Assembly: GCA_937991435.1 (NCBI GenBank)
Contig: CALKPY010000005.1
Coordinates: forward strand, 45,854 to 109,853
Direction: 5' to 3'
DNA: 64,000 nt
DNA from: an uncultured Acidimicrobiales bacterium
GTDB lineage: Bacteria; Actinomycetota; Acidimicrobiia; Acidimicrobiales; UBA10347
Shown one piece after another: positions 9,519 through 18,619 of the stretch. Made by a program: the position numbers and the translations under genes. Positions within the stretch are counted from its first letter, which is position 1, and every line of letters starts with the position of its first letter. The notes beneath the pieces are model-generated. The model saw nothing but the letters and a program-made list of their open reading frames with translations. It was not told the DNA's origin and made no database searches.

Positions 9519-9935
9519 CTACGAGGCAGGCTCACTATCGAGAGCGACCGTATTGTTGAACGCCTTGTCCCAGATCTGACGTTGCCCCAATGGCTCGCCG
9601 AGATCGACCACTGTTTCGGTGATGTCTTGGTCTGGGCAGGTCGCCGGATCCACGGTCACGCGCACACGCAGGTTGGCGTAATCATCATCGAGCTCGACCA
9701 GCACTTCGTCAAAAGATTCGCATGGCGCTGGGAACCAGGTCACACGCACCTGCGAAGGGTCGTCAGTCGTCAAGGCCGTGGCGATAATGCGGTCTTGGAC
9801 TTCGACCTGCGGGGTCGAGTTGTCTTGTCGTTGACATGCAGCCGCCACAACGCTCAGAGCCAACGCAACAAACAGCGCCGTGGTCGCGTGGCGGGTCGAC
9901 ATCATGTCGTCAAGATAGCCGTCACGCACCGCCAC
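9519..9935 (-). CDS. hypothetical lipoprotein
   Basis: 138 aa. Signal sequence plus lipobox (VVAAAC). No recognised domain. Overlaps the aroA 3' end by 14 nt. Confidence 0.5.
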   Translation of the reverse strand: MAVRDGYLDDMMSTRHATTALFVALALSVVAAACQRQDNSTPQVEVQDRIIATALTTDDPSQVRVTWFPAPCESFDEVLVELDDDYANLRVRVTVDPATCPDQDITETVVDLGEPLGQRQIWDKAFNNTVALDSEPAS

Positions 9936-11214
9936 GCACAGTGTCGAGTGTTTGCCAGAACCCCGGGAATGTCTTATTCACACAGCTGGGATCTTGGATC
10001 GTGACCCCCGGTGCTTTCAAGCCGGTAATTGCAAAGCTCATCGCCATGCGGTGATCGCTGTATGTGCGGACCGTGGCTGGGCGAATCGCGCCCGGCGTGA
10101 TGGCGAATCCGTCGGCTTCCTCTGCGGCGTTGATACCGAGACGCTGAAGCTCGGTTACGACAGCCGCGATGCGGTCGGTCTCTTTGCGGCGAATAAACCC
10201 GATTCCTGTCACGCGGGTCGGACCTTGCGCGAACGGCGCGATCGCTGCGAGGGTTTGCGCAGTGTCGCTGATGTGGGCCATATCGACCTCGACACCGCGC
10301 AATTCACCGGTACCTCGCACCTCGACGGCATCGTCATGCCATCTGACTTCGGCTCCCATTTGCGCAAGCACGTCGACAAACCTGACATCGCCCTGCATAG
10401 CTCCCCGATGCAACCCTTCGACCCTGACCCGGCTTTCGGTCACTGCAGCGGCGGCAAAGAAGTACGACGCTGCCGAAGCGTCGGGCTCAATGCGATAGTC
10501 GGCTGCTTGATACGGCGCTGTTCCGACAACGTAGGAACGCGACGATGGTCGTTGAACATCCGCGCCAAACGCCTGCATGACGTCACATGTCATGTCGAGA
10601 TACGGCTGGGAGACCACGGCGCCCTCGAGCTCCACCGTCAGACCCTGGGGCACTCCTGGCGCAGCGAGCAACATTCCCGACGCGAATTGGCTGCTGACGT
10701 CGGCCGCGAGGTGCAGAACTCCCCCATCAAACGGTCCACGCACGATCATTGGAAGCACATCACTATCGACGTCACAGCCAAGTGATCGAAGAGCCTCTGC
10801 AGTCTCTCGCATGGGCCGAGCACGCATTTCGGGAGCGCCGTCAATCGTCACCGGATCGGTGGAGCGGGCTGCGAGTGGCGTGGCGAATCGAGCTGTGGTT
10901 CCTGACATACGCACATCGAGTGAACCATTGGCCCTGACCGCGCCGGCGGTGCCATCAACCGAGACCACGTCGCCGTCAATCTGCACCTGCGCACCCAACT
11001 GTTTGGCCACATTTACCATCGCCTGGGTGTCGTCAGCATCGAGCGCGCCGCGCAGCGTCGAGGTGCCGTCAGCGAGCAGTGCGGCGACCAAGGCCCGGTT
11101 CGTGATGCTTTTCGAGCCTGGGATCGGAACAGATCCATTGAACGGTTCTCTCAGCGGTTCGATCATCACGCCTGTCACATCGGACTTACGTGGCACGACG
11201 GGCTCGTTCGACAT
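9922..11214 (-). CDS. aroA: 3-phosphoshikimate 1-carboxyvinyltransferase (EPSP synthase)
   Basis: 430 aa. Motifs PGSKSITNRALVAALLADG, LDVRMSGTTARF and DHRMAMSFAI. Confidence 0.95.
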   Translation of the reverse strand: MSNEPVVPRKSDVTGVMIEPLREPFNGSVPIPGSKSITNRALVAALLADGTSTLRGALDADDTQAMVNVAKQLGAQVQIDGDVVSVDGTAGAVRANGSLDVRMSGTTARFATPLAARSTDPVTIDGAPEMRARPMRETAEALRSLGCDVDSDVLPMIVRGPFDGGVLHLAADVSSQFASGMLLAAPGVPQGLTVELEGAVVSQPYLDMTCDVMQAFGADVQRPSSRSYVVGTAPYQAADYRIEPDASAASYFFAAAAVTESRVRVEGLHRGAMQGDVRFVDVLAQMGAEVRWHDDAVEVRGTGELRGVEVDMAHISDTAQTLAAIAPFAQGPTRVTGIGFIRRKETDRIAAVVTELQRLGINAAEEADGFAITPGAIRPATVRTYSDHRMAMSFAITGLKAPGVTIQDPSCVNKTFPGFWQTLDTVRGGA

Positions 11215-11247
11215 AGCGGGGACCGTAGCCCCGTGGCTCGAATCGAT

Positions 11248-12027
11248 TCACGCAATTGCGTCGAGAGCCGCTTGTGCGAACTCTGGTCTCGTCACGACAA
11301 AACCCGGGCACACGGCCCGTTCCTTGTTGTATCGCAGCGGATTGCCGGCAGCGTCGCTTACATGCAACCCGGCTGCTTCGGCCACAATCGCCGGCGCGCA
11401 GACATCCCATTCCCACAACGGTCCACCGTGCACGTACACATCGGCCTGTCCGAGCACGACCAGCATGGCCTTGACGCCAGCCGAACCGCAGGTGACATGA
11501 TCGGCGCCGAGAGCCCGGCTCAAACGCCCACCGTCGATATTCGCTCGGGAACGCCCCGTTACTACGATCGGTCGGCGATCAGGACGTTCGGCAACAGTCG
11601 GAGCGATAGCGGTCGAGAACACCGCACCGATCGTCGGAAGCGAGACCGCAGCAGCTGCGCCAACTCCTGCCACGGTGAGCGCTACGTGGATCGCCCACTC
11701 TGCATTGCCCCATCCATAGTCTGACGACCCGTCAAGCGGATCAATAATCCACACCCGGTCGCGATCAAGACGGGCACGATCGTCGTCGCCTTCTTCGCTC
11801 AGAATCCCGTCGTTTGCCCGAAACGTCGCAAGCTCACGCATGAGCAGTTCGTGGCCTTCAACGTCGGCGCGTTCCTCAGGCCACCACCCGCCTTGACCTC
11901 GTTCTTCAAACAATCGAGGACGAATGTCAAGCAGGTGTTCTCCGGCCATCGAGGCCAATCTTGCGGCGACGGCGTGATCATCAAGGACATGACCGTCGGA
12001 TTCTTGGGGAACTGCGATAGTCCCCAT
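11248..12027 (-). CDS. inositol monophosphatase / CysQ (3'(2'),5'-bisphosphate nucleotidase) family protein
   Basis: ILSEEGDD and WIIDPLDGSSDY metal-binding motifs, and WEWDVCAPAIV near the C-terminus. 259 aa. Confidence 0.8.
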   Translation of the reverse strand: MGTIAVPQESDGHVLDDHAVAARLASMAGEHLLDIRPRLFEERGQGGWWPEERADVEGHELLMRELATFRANDGILSEEGDDDRARLDRDRVWIIDPLDGSSDYGWGNAEWAIHVALTVAGVGAAAAVSLPTIGAVFSTAIAPTVAERPDRRPIVVTGRSRANIDGGRLSRALGADHVTCGSAGVKAMLVVLGQADVYVHGGPLWEWDVCAPAIVAEAAGLHVSDAAGNPLRYNKERAVCPGFVVTRPEFAQAALDAIA

Positions 12028-12067
12028 CGTAGGTTCCCGCTCGCCCGCGACCGCTACCGTTCCTGGT

Positions 12068-12934
12068 ATGGCTCAGGACTCGAAACGAGGCAACGACTGG
12101 ACCCTCGACACCGATGGTGACGGTCTCGGTCTTGATGACATCGTCAATCGCCTCGATTCGTTCCAGCTACTACGCAAATCTGACGGCGGCGAAGCCGACA
12201 AATTGCTCAGCGAGCTCGGGGCAAACAGCGAGATCGACCGCGACATTGTCTTGGAACTCGGAGCCCGACGTCCGCTCGGTCATCCAGAGCGGTTCGAAGA
12301 AGCTCACTCGCTTGCGGTTCGGTCGCTCGAGGTACTCGACCGAAACGGCCATCGGTCCATTCCCGTGCCGAAACTGGGGTTCCTCAGCCCGATCGTGCAG
12401 TTCTTGGTGCAAATCGTCACCCAGTTCATCGTGCGCAGTTACGTCGGCAGTGTGGTCGACCATATGAAGCGCCTGTATGAGCGACGCGAAGCCGCTTCGC
12501 CCCACGACTGGGAGCATCTGCCCATGTTGATCCGCGCTCGGATCCACACCGAGCGAATCATGCCGGGTTTCAAACGCAGCCGACTCGCGTTGCCGACGTT
12601 CTTGTTCGGCGGCGCCATCTTGTCGCCCGTAATCGGCTTGCTACGATCCGCGATCCTGTCCCAGATCACGAGCAAATTGTGGCGGAGCGTTTGGCTCATC
12701 GTCATTTTCGTGGTGCTGACTGTTGCGTCGTGGATCATCGTGCACGGAAGCGCAGTCGCCCGACGACGAATACGCCTCACATCGGAACGACCGGTGCAGT
12801 CCCTATGGGAAATCGTCGGGCGGTGCGGTCATCCGCCACGAGACCACAGCAAGGTGTTCGCAGTTATCGCACTCATCCTCACGATCGTCTCAGGCATCGT
12901 CGTGGTACTCGGCCTGATCAACGTCTTCTTCTGA
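12068..12934 (+). CDS. hypothetical membrane protein
   Basis: 288 aa. Soluble N-terminal half, then 3-4 predicted TM segments. No family recognised. Confidence 0.5.
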   Translation: MAQDSKRGNDWTLDTDGDGLGLDDIVNRLDSFQLLRKSDGGEADKLLSELGANSEIDRDIVLELGARRPLGHPERFEEAHSLAVRSLEVLDRNGHRSIPVPKLGFLSPIVQFLVQIVTQFIVRSYVGSVVDHMKRLYERREAASPHDWEHLPMLIRARIHTERIMPGFKRSRLALPTFLFGGAILSPVIGLLRSAILSQITSKLWRSVWLIVIFVVLTVASWIIVHGSAVARRRIRLTSERPVQSLWEIVGRCGHPPRDHSKVFAVIALILTIVSGIVVVLGLINVFF

Positions 12935-12936
12935 CC

Positions 12937-13635
12937 TTGACATCGCCTACTTCTCTTCCCCGGCTACGTCGAAAACGACGCCTGAACCTTCCCAAGATTG
13001 CGGCCCGGTTCTCTGAGGGCATCGCTGAAGTCGAAAACCAGGTGGAGCGCTATGCGGCGATGTGGGACCAGGCGAACGAAAGCGCTCGCTGCGCCGACGG
13101 GCCATTGTGGGTTGCGCTCGGCGACTCATCGACACAGGGCGTTGGGGCTTCGACGTGGGAACTCGGGTGGGTGCCAACCGTGCTCAAGCGGCTGCGAGAC
13201 GAGACCGGTGATCCATGGAGGGTGATCGTGCTCGCCATGAGCGGCGGGCGTTTCCGTGACGTCGCCGACCGACAGGTGCCGGTCTTGCGAACCATGCTTG
13301 GACCTGCCGATCTCGTCACGTGCGTCATTGGTTCCAACGACCTCATGTGGCGGCGCGGCACCAAGGGGGTACTCGCCGACGCTCGCGATGCTGTTGAGGT
13401 GCTTCCGCACGGCACCCTGCTCAGTGAGCTCAACGGGCCCGGACCGCGACCAGCGGCCCTGAATGACATCTTCAAATCCGGCCAGCAGAGCCGTGACCTG
13501 CAGCTGTTCAACATTTGGAACTGGCCATCAGGTCGTGGTGCCCTCGCTCAGGACCGAATTCACCCCAGCGACATCGGGTACGGCCATATGGCAGAGCTGG
13601 CATGGACGTCGATCGAGACGACAGTGGGCCGCTAG
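12937..13635 (+). CDS. SGNH/GDSL hydrolase family protein
   Basis: Block I WVALGDSSTQGVG and block V DRIHPSDIGY. The track ORF (12679) overlaps the previous gene, so I place the start at TTG 12937. An ATG near 13058 is an alternative. Confidence 0.6.
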   Translation: MTSPTSLPRLRRKRRLNLPKIAARFSEGIAEVENQVERYAAMWDQANESARCADGPLWVALGDSSTQGVGASTWELGWVPTVLKRLRDETGDPWRVIVLAMSGGRFRDVADRQVPVLRTMLGPADLVTCVIGSNDLMWRRGTKGVLADARDAVEVLPHGTLLSELNGPGPRPAALNDIFKSGQQSRDLQLFNIWNWPSGRGALAQDRIHPSDIGYGHMAELAWTSIETTVGR

Positions 13636-13644
13636 CGTCACACC

Positions 13645-15159
13645 ATGGCCCTCTGGCTGATCAGTCTTCTCATCGTTGTTGCGCTCGTGGTGTGCGTTGC
13701 CATCTATGACATCGTTCAGCCCAAAGACCCAGTTCTGCGCACGTTTCCCGTGGTTGGGCATTTCCGCAAGGCACTGTCGAGCAGCGGCCCGAAACTGCGC
13801 CAATACATCGTCGCAGCGAACGATGAAGAGCGACCATTCAGCCGCGACCAGCGGCGTTGGGTCTATGACACCTCAGACAAACAAAGCTCGTACTTTGGAT
13901 TCGGCACCGACAACACGATTGACCGCGACAGCCACCTGATCGTCAAGCATTCAGCGTTTCCCGACATGACGCCGATCGGTGAAAACGCTCCGCTTCCGTG
14001 CGCCAAGATCCTCGGTGAGTGGCGCAACCGTCCGCATGCCTTTCGACCAGAGTCGATGGTGTACGTGTCGGCAATGAGTTATGGCTCGCTAAGCGCACGA
14101 GCGGTCGAGGCCATCAATCGTGGCTGCGACATCGCCAGCGCCTTGCATAACACCGGCGAAGGCGGCATCGCCGATCACCACCGCCACGGTGCAGGCCTGA
14201 TTTACCAGCTCGGAACCGGCTACTTCGGTTGTCGCAACGCAGACGGAACTTTCTCGCTTGATCGCCTCGTCGAGACCGTCGCATCAGCCAATGTGCTCGC
14301 GATCGAGGTGAAACTTTCCCAAGGTGCCAAGCCTGGGCTCGGCGGGGTTTTGCCAGGCAAAAAAGTCACCCCCGAAATCGCGGCAGCGCGCGGCCTTCCT
14401 GTCGGCAAGACGGTGTACAGCCCAAATCGCCACAGCGCCTTTCACGATGTCGACGGCCTGATCGACATGCTCGAATCCATCGCCAACGCCACTGGCAAGC
14501 CCGTCGGGATCAAATCTGCGGTAGGTCAGCACGAGTTCTGGCAGGAACTTGCCAGCCGCGTCGACAGCCGAAATATGGGACCAGATTTCATCACGATCGA
14601 CGGTGGCGAAGGCGGCACCGGCGCTGCACCCCTGGCGTTCAGCGATCATGTTTCACTTCCGTTCCGAGCCGCGTTCGCCCGCGCACACCGGCCGTTTGTC
14701 GAACGAGGACTCGACGATCGCATCGTGTTTGGCGGCAGTGGCCGATTGGGATTCCCCGCCGAAGCGCTTCTCGCGGTGGCGATGGGTGTGGACATGATCG
14801 GCGTCGCCCGTGAGCCAATGCTCGCACTTGGTTGCATACAAGCCCAGCGCTGTCACGACGGCCACTGCCCCACCGGCATTACGACACACAACAAATGGTT
14901 GGTCCGTGGCCTCGACCCGACTGACAAGGCGACTCGCCTTGCCAACTACCTCGTGGGTCTACGAAGCGAAATGATCAAACTGTCTCATGCATGCGGCGTG
15001 CCGCACCCATCGCTGGTCACCGCCGACATGGTCGAGCTCTTTGAGGAACCGCATCGCTCAGCCACGGCACGATCGCTCTATGACGTGCACGACCGTGCAG
15101 ACTTATCGGCCGAGCACGAAGTCGCGATTCGTAGTCTCATGACCGCTCGTCAAGATTGA
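13645..15159 (+). CDS. FMN-binding glutamate synthase family protein (GltB domain-2-like) with N-terminal TM
   Basis: 504 aa. Motifs EVKLSQGAKPGLGGVLPG, ITIDGGEGGTGAAP and GGSGRL are characteristic of the glutamate synthase FMN domain family. Confidence 0.85.
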   Translation: MALWLISLLIVVALVVCVAIYDIVQPKDPVLRTFPVVGHFRKALSSSGPKLRQYIVAANDEERPFSRDQRRWVYDTSDKQSSYFGFGTDNTIDRDSHLIVKHSAFPDMTPIGENAPLPCAKILGEWRNRPHAFRPESMVYVSAMSYGSLSARAVEAINRGCDIASALHNTGEGGIADHHRHGAGLIYQLGTGYFGCRNADGTFSLDRLVETVASANVLAIEVKLSQGAKPGLGGVLPGKKVTPEIAAARGLPVGKTVYSPNRHSAFHDVDGLIDMLESIANATGKPVGIKSAVGQHEFWQELASRVDSRNMGPDFITIDGGEGGTGAAPLAFSDHVSLPFRAAFARAHRPFVERGLDDRIVFGGSGRLGFPAEALLAVAMGVDMIGVAREPMLALGCIQAQRCHDGHCPTGITTHNKWLVRGLDPTDKATRLANYLVGLRSEMIKLSHACGVPHPSLVTADMVELFEEPHRSATARSLYDVHDRADLSAEHEVAIRSLMTARQD

Positions 15160-15192
15160 CCCGCGCCATGTTCACGCCCCGACCAGCCGAAG

Positions 15193-16872
15193 ATGGCGCC
15201 TATGACTGACCTCGGCATCGACGGCCTCGCCGATGCCACGTTGATCGCATCGGGCGGAAGCGCACTTGTCTACGCGGCGACCGCCGCCGACGGCAGGCGC
15301 GTTGCTGTCAAGGTTCTGCGGGGAGTCAGAGGTAACGAGGTCGCACGGCGTTTCGCCCGTGAGCAAAAGGCCGCTGAGCTGCTTCAGGGCCACCCCGCCG
15401 TCATCGAAATACTCGGAACGGGGCTGACCAACGCTGGCGAGCCCTACCTTGTCATGCCCCTGCTCGAAAAGGGCAGCCTGCAAGACGAGCTCGAGCGCAC
15501 CGGACCGTTCTCGGTGAACCAGGCAGTCGCCGACGTTCGCACCGCAGCCGGCGCCATTTGGTTCGCCCACAGCCACGGCGTGCTACATCGCGACGTCAAA
15601 CCGGCGAACCTGCTCAGGACAAACACCGGATCGGTGATCGTTACCGACTTCGGCATCGCACGGGTAGTTGATTCCGGCATCAGCAGTGCCACTGTCGGCG
15701 CGTCGACCCCATTGTTTGCCGCTCCCGAGTTGCTCTCAGACAACGAAGTCAGTGTCGCTAGCGAGGTCTATTCGCTCGGGGCTTGTCTTTACGCCCTGCT
15801 CGCGGGGCGCCCCGCCTTTGGCGACACATCAAACATCTGGGCCTCGATCAATCGCATACGAGTCGACGTTCCCGAGCCCATACCCGGCGTACCGGCACCG
15901 GTGATGGCAGTGATCCATCAGTCGATGGCCAAAGACCCAAGCGACCGACCTGCAGATGCGGGCCTGTTCAGTTCGTATCTCGGAGCGGCGCTGACCGCCG
16001 AACCCGACTGGCGACCACCAAGGCCGGCCCCAAACACCAACCACCTTGCGGGTACACCAACATCAGCTGCGGGCCCCACTTCTTCGCCCGCCATGAACGC
16101 AACGCCGCAGCATTCCTCGGGGCTTCCAGCATCAGACGCGGCCATTGCATCACCACCACGGTTTGATCGTCCAACCCACGCAATCGATTCCCCGGCGCCC
16201 AATCGGCGCAATCGCCTGCTCATGAACGTGATCGCGACCGTGGTGGCTCTCGCCGCAATTGCCGGCCTCGGGTGGTTCGCTCTCGATTCTCTGTCAGGCG
16301 ACGACCCGACCGATCTCGCGATCGAGAACGGCCTAGGCGACCCGACATTACCCGCCCCGACGACCACGGGCGACGCCAACCAGCTAGAAAACGACACCAC
16401 CGATCCTGGTAGCGACCCGACGCCCGAAACCACTGCCGACCCGTCATCGACTTCGAATAGCCGTGTCACCTTTGATGGCGTGTGGTTCACTGCTCGGTTG
16501 CCGACTGGTTGGTCGGTCTTGAGCGCTGACGAAGACGTCGGCTACGGCTTTCGCAGCCGATTCGTAGCCGACGACATGTATCTCACAATCGATACCACTC
16601 CCAGCGAGCGGCGAGAGCCCGGTGGCGACATCGCTGAAAGTGCCCGGTCGATTGCATCTGGCATTCGCTCGGCTTCTGCGGTGACGACCGAAACAATCGA
16701 CGGTCTCACGATGCATCTGTTCACGTTCACGAACAGGAACGGAGTCCCGAGCATCGACATCTTCTTTGAACGCAATGGCGACGGGTATGCCGTGCTTGCT
16801 GGGTCATCGACCGACCCTGAGGCCATCTATGCAATCGCCCGCCAGGTAGCGCTTTCGGTAAGGAGTACCTAA
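15193..16872 (+). CDS. Hanks-type serine/threonine protein kinase with TM and extracellular C-terminal domain
   Basis: VAVKVL (Lys), HRDVKPANLL, DFGIA and APE motifs. Pro/Ser-rich linker, TM (VIATVVALAAIAGLGWFAL), and an unassigned C-terminal domain of about 150 aa. Confidence 0.9.
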   Translation: MAPMTDLGIDGLADATLIASGGSALVYAATAADGRRVAVKVLRGVRGNEVARRFAREQKAAELLQGHPAVIEILGTGLTNAGEPYLVMPLLEKGSLQDELERTGPFSVNQAVADVRTAAGAIWFAHSHGVLHRDVKPANLLRTNTGSVIVTDFGIARVVDSGISSATVGASTPLFAAPELLSDNEVSVASEVYSLGACLYALLAGRPAFGDTSNIWASINRIRVDVPEPIPGVPAPVMAVIHQSMAKDPSDRPADAGLFSSYLGAALTAEPDWRPPRPAPNTNHLAGTPTSAAGPTSSPAMNATPQHSSGLPASDAAIASPPRFDRPTHAIDSPAPNRRNRLLMNVIATVVALAAIAGLGWFALDSLSGDDPTDLAIENGLGDPTLPAPTTTGDANQLENDTTDPGSDPTPETTADPSSTSNSRVTFDGVWFTARLPTGWSVLSADEDVGYGFRSRFVADDMYLTIDTTPSERREPGGDIAESARSIASGIRSASAVTTETIDGLTMHLFTFTNRNGVPSIDIFFERNGDGYAVLAGSSTDPEAIYAIARQVALSVRST

Positions 16873-17259
16873 GTGACCGAGCCCAAAACAATGTTTGAAC
16901 ACGTGGGCGGCATGCCCTTCTTCACTCAACTTGTCGAGCGGTTCTACGAGGGCGTCGAACTCGACTCACTGCTGCGTCGGTGGTATCCCGAAGATCTCGA
17001 GCCTGGCAAGCATGCGCTCGTCTTGTTTCTTGCTCAGTATTGGGGCGGTCCTGGCACGTACAGCGAAGTTCAAGGGCATCCGCGACTTCGTATGCGCCAC
17101 AACAGCTTCACAATCGGCCAAGCCGAGCGAGATGCCTGGTTCCGACACATGAGCGTCGCAGTCGAATCCTCGGGCATCGACGACCCGGCGCGACAACAAA
17201 TGCTCGACTACTTCGCAATGGCCGCTGATCACCTGATCAACGCCGCACCAGCGGGCTGA
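16873..17259 (+). CDS. glbO: group II truncated haemoglobin (trHbO)
   Basis: FEHVGGMPFFTQLVERFYEGV, LFLAQYWGGPGTY and HPRLRMRH (proximal His region). 128 aa. GTG 16873 directly follows the kinase TAA stop. ATG 16891 is an alternative start. Confidence 0.85.
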   Translation: MTEPKTMFEHVGGMPFFTQLVERFYEGVELDSLLRRWYPEDLEPGKHALVLFLAQYWGGPGTYSEVQGHPRLRMRHNSFTIGQAERDAWFRHMSVAVESSGIDDPARQQMLDYFAMAADHLINAAPAG

Positions 17260-17314
17260 TGTTCTGTCCGCGTCGGCACGTGCCGGTAGGACAAAGTGCT
17301 GGTACAACGATCGG

Positions 17315-18568
17315 GTGATCGCCCCCGATGATGACGACGAGGCCCGCCGCCGAGAGCTGCGCGTGCACAAAGCTCGCGCCACCGGTCTTCTCGTTCTGGC
17401 AACGATCGCCTTCCTACTGCTGATCATTCTGACCGATGGGCACGGTTGGGCGGGTTACGCAGAAGCCGGTGCCGAAGCCGCGATGGTGGGCGGAGTCGCC
17501 GACTGGTTTGCCGTCACCGCGTTGTTTCGTCATCCGTTTCGGCTCCCGATCCCGCATACCGCCATCATTCCGAAACGCAAGGACCAAATCGGCCGGGCGC
17601 TCGGCGAGTTCGTGCAGGGAAACTTTTTGCAGCCTGAGGTTCTCGCCGACCGGTTAACAGGCACCGATATTGCTGGCCGTATGGGTGATTGGCTGGGCGA
17701 GCCCGGCAACGCTCATCGCGTGGGCAACCAAGCTGGCACAATCATTGGAAGCGCAATCGAGTTGTTGCGAGACGACGAGATCCAGGGCACGCTCGATAGC
17801 TACGTGCAACGTCGGGTCGACACCTTTGAGCCGACTCCGCTTGCTGCTCGCGCGATCGAGTTTGCGGTCGCTGGCGGCCATCACCATGCGGTGTTCGATG
17901 CCGGTCTGTCGGGACTACGCAATGTGCTTGACGACAACCGCGCGATGTTGCGCACGCGGCTGTCCAAAGAGAGCCCTTGGTGGGTGCCGGAGCCAGTCGA
18001 CGATCGTGTCTTCGACAAGATCTACAAGGCGATTCACGCCTTCATCACCGAGGTCACGAGTGACCCGAACCACGAGTTCCGCACAACGCTTGACAATCGC
18101 ATCGACCACCTTGTGTTGCAGTTGCGTGAGTCTCCCGAACTCCAGGCGCGGGCCAACGAACTCAAACTTGAACTATTGGCTCACCCGGCAACTCGTGAAT
18201 GGACTGCAGGGCTGTGGGCCAACATCAAACAGTCCCTTCTCATCGCTGCCGACGATCCGACGAGCGAACTACGAATTCGTCTGCATGCCGCAGCGCTAAG
18301 CGCTGGCGAAGGCCTGCGCCGTGATCCGGTCCTTCGGGCCAAGGTAAACGATTGGGTCGTGCGAGCTGTCGTGCATCTTGCTGGCGAAAGCCGCAATGAG
18401 ATCGCTGACCTCATCGCATCGACCGTCGAAGGCTGGGACGCAGATGACACCAGCGAACGCATCGAGCTTCAGGTTGGCCGCGATCTGCAATACATCAGGA
18501 TCAACGGCACGGTTGTTGGCGGTCTCGTAGGCTTGCTGATCCACGCGGTCGCCCAGCTCGTCGGCTGA
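17315..18568 (+). CDS. DUF445 domain-containing membrane protein
   Basis: GGVADWFAVTALFRHPFRLPIPHTAIIPKRKDQIG is the DUF445 signature. C-terminal INGTVVGGLVGLLIH. Confidence 0.75.
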   Translation: MIAPDDDDEARRRELRVHKARATGLLVLATIAFLLLIILTDGHGWAGYAEAGAEAAMVGGVADWFAVTALFRHPFRLPIPHTAIIPKRKDQIGRALGEFVQGNFLQPEVLADRLTGTDIAGRMGDWLGEPGNAHRVGNQAGTIIGSAIELLRDDEIQGTLDSYVQRRVDTFEPTPLAARAIEFAVAGGHHHAVFDAGLSGLRNVLDDNRAMLRTRLSKESPWWVPEPVDDRVFDKIYKAIHAFITEVTSDPNHEFRTTLDNRIDHLVLQLRESPELQARANELKLELLAHPATREWTAGLWANIKQSLLIAADDPTSELRIRLHAAALSAGEGLRRDPVLRAKVNDWVVRAVVHLAGESRNEIADLIASTVEGWDADDTSERIELQVGRDLQYIRINGTVVGGLVGLLIHAVAQLVG

Positions 18569-18619
18569 GGAGCAGCGCACAAGGTCGACTCGGGCATGCG
18601 ATGCTGCACTCGTCAATTT

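Noticed and set aside
9952-11500. Long plus-strand ORFs (277 aa and 307 aa) opposite aroA and the IMPase-family gene.
   Set aside because: Their translations are Arg/Ala/Ser/Pro-rich and low in complexity, with no motifs. The opposite strand encodes unmistakable AroA and IMPase motifs. They are typical antisense open frames of GC-rich DNA.
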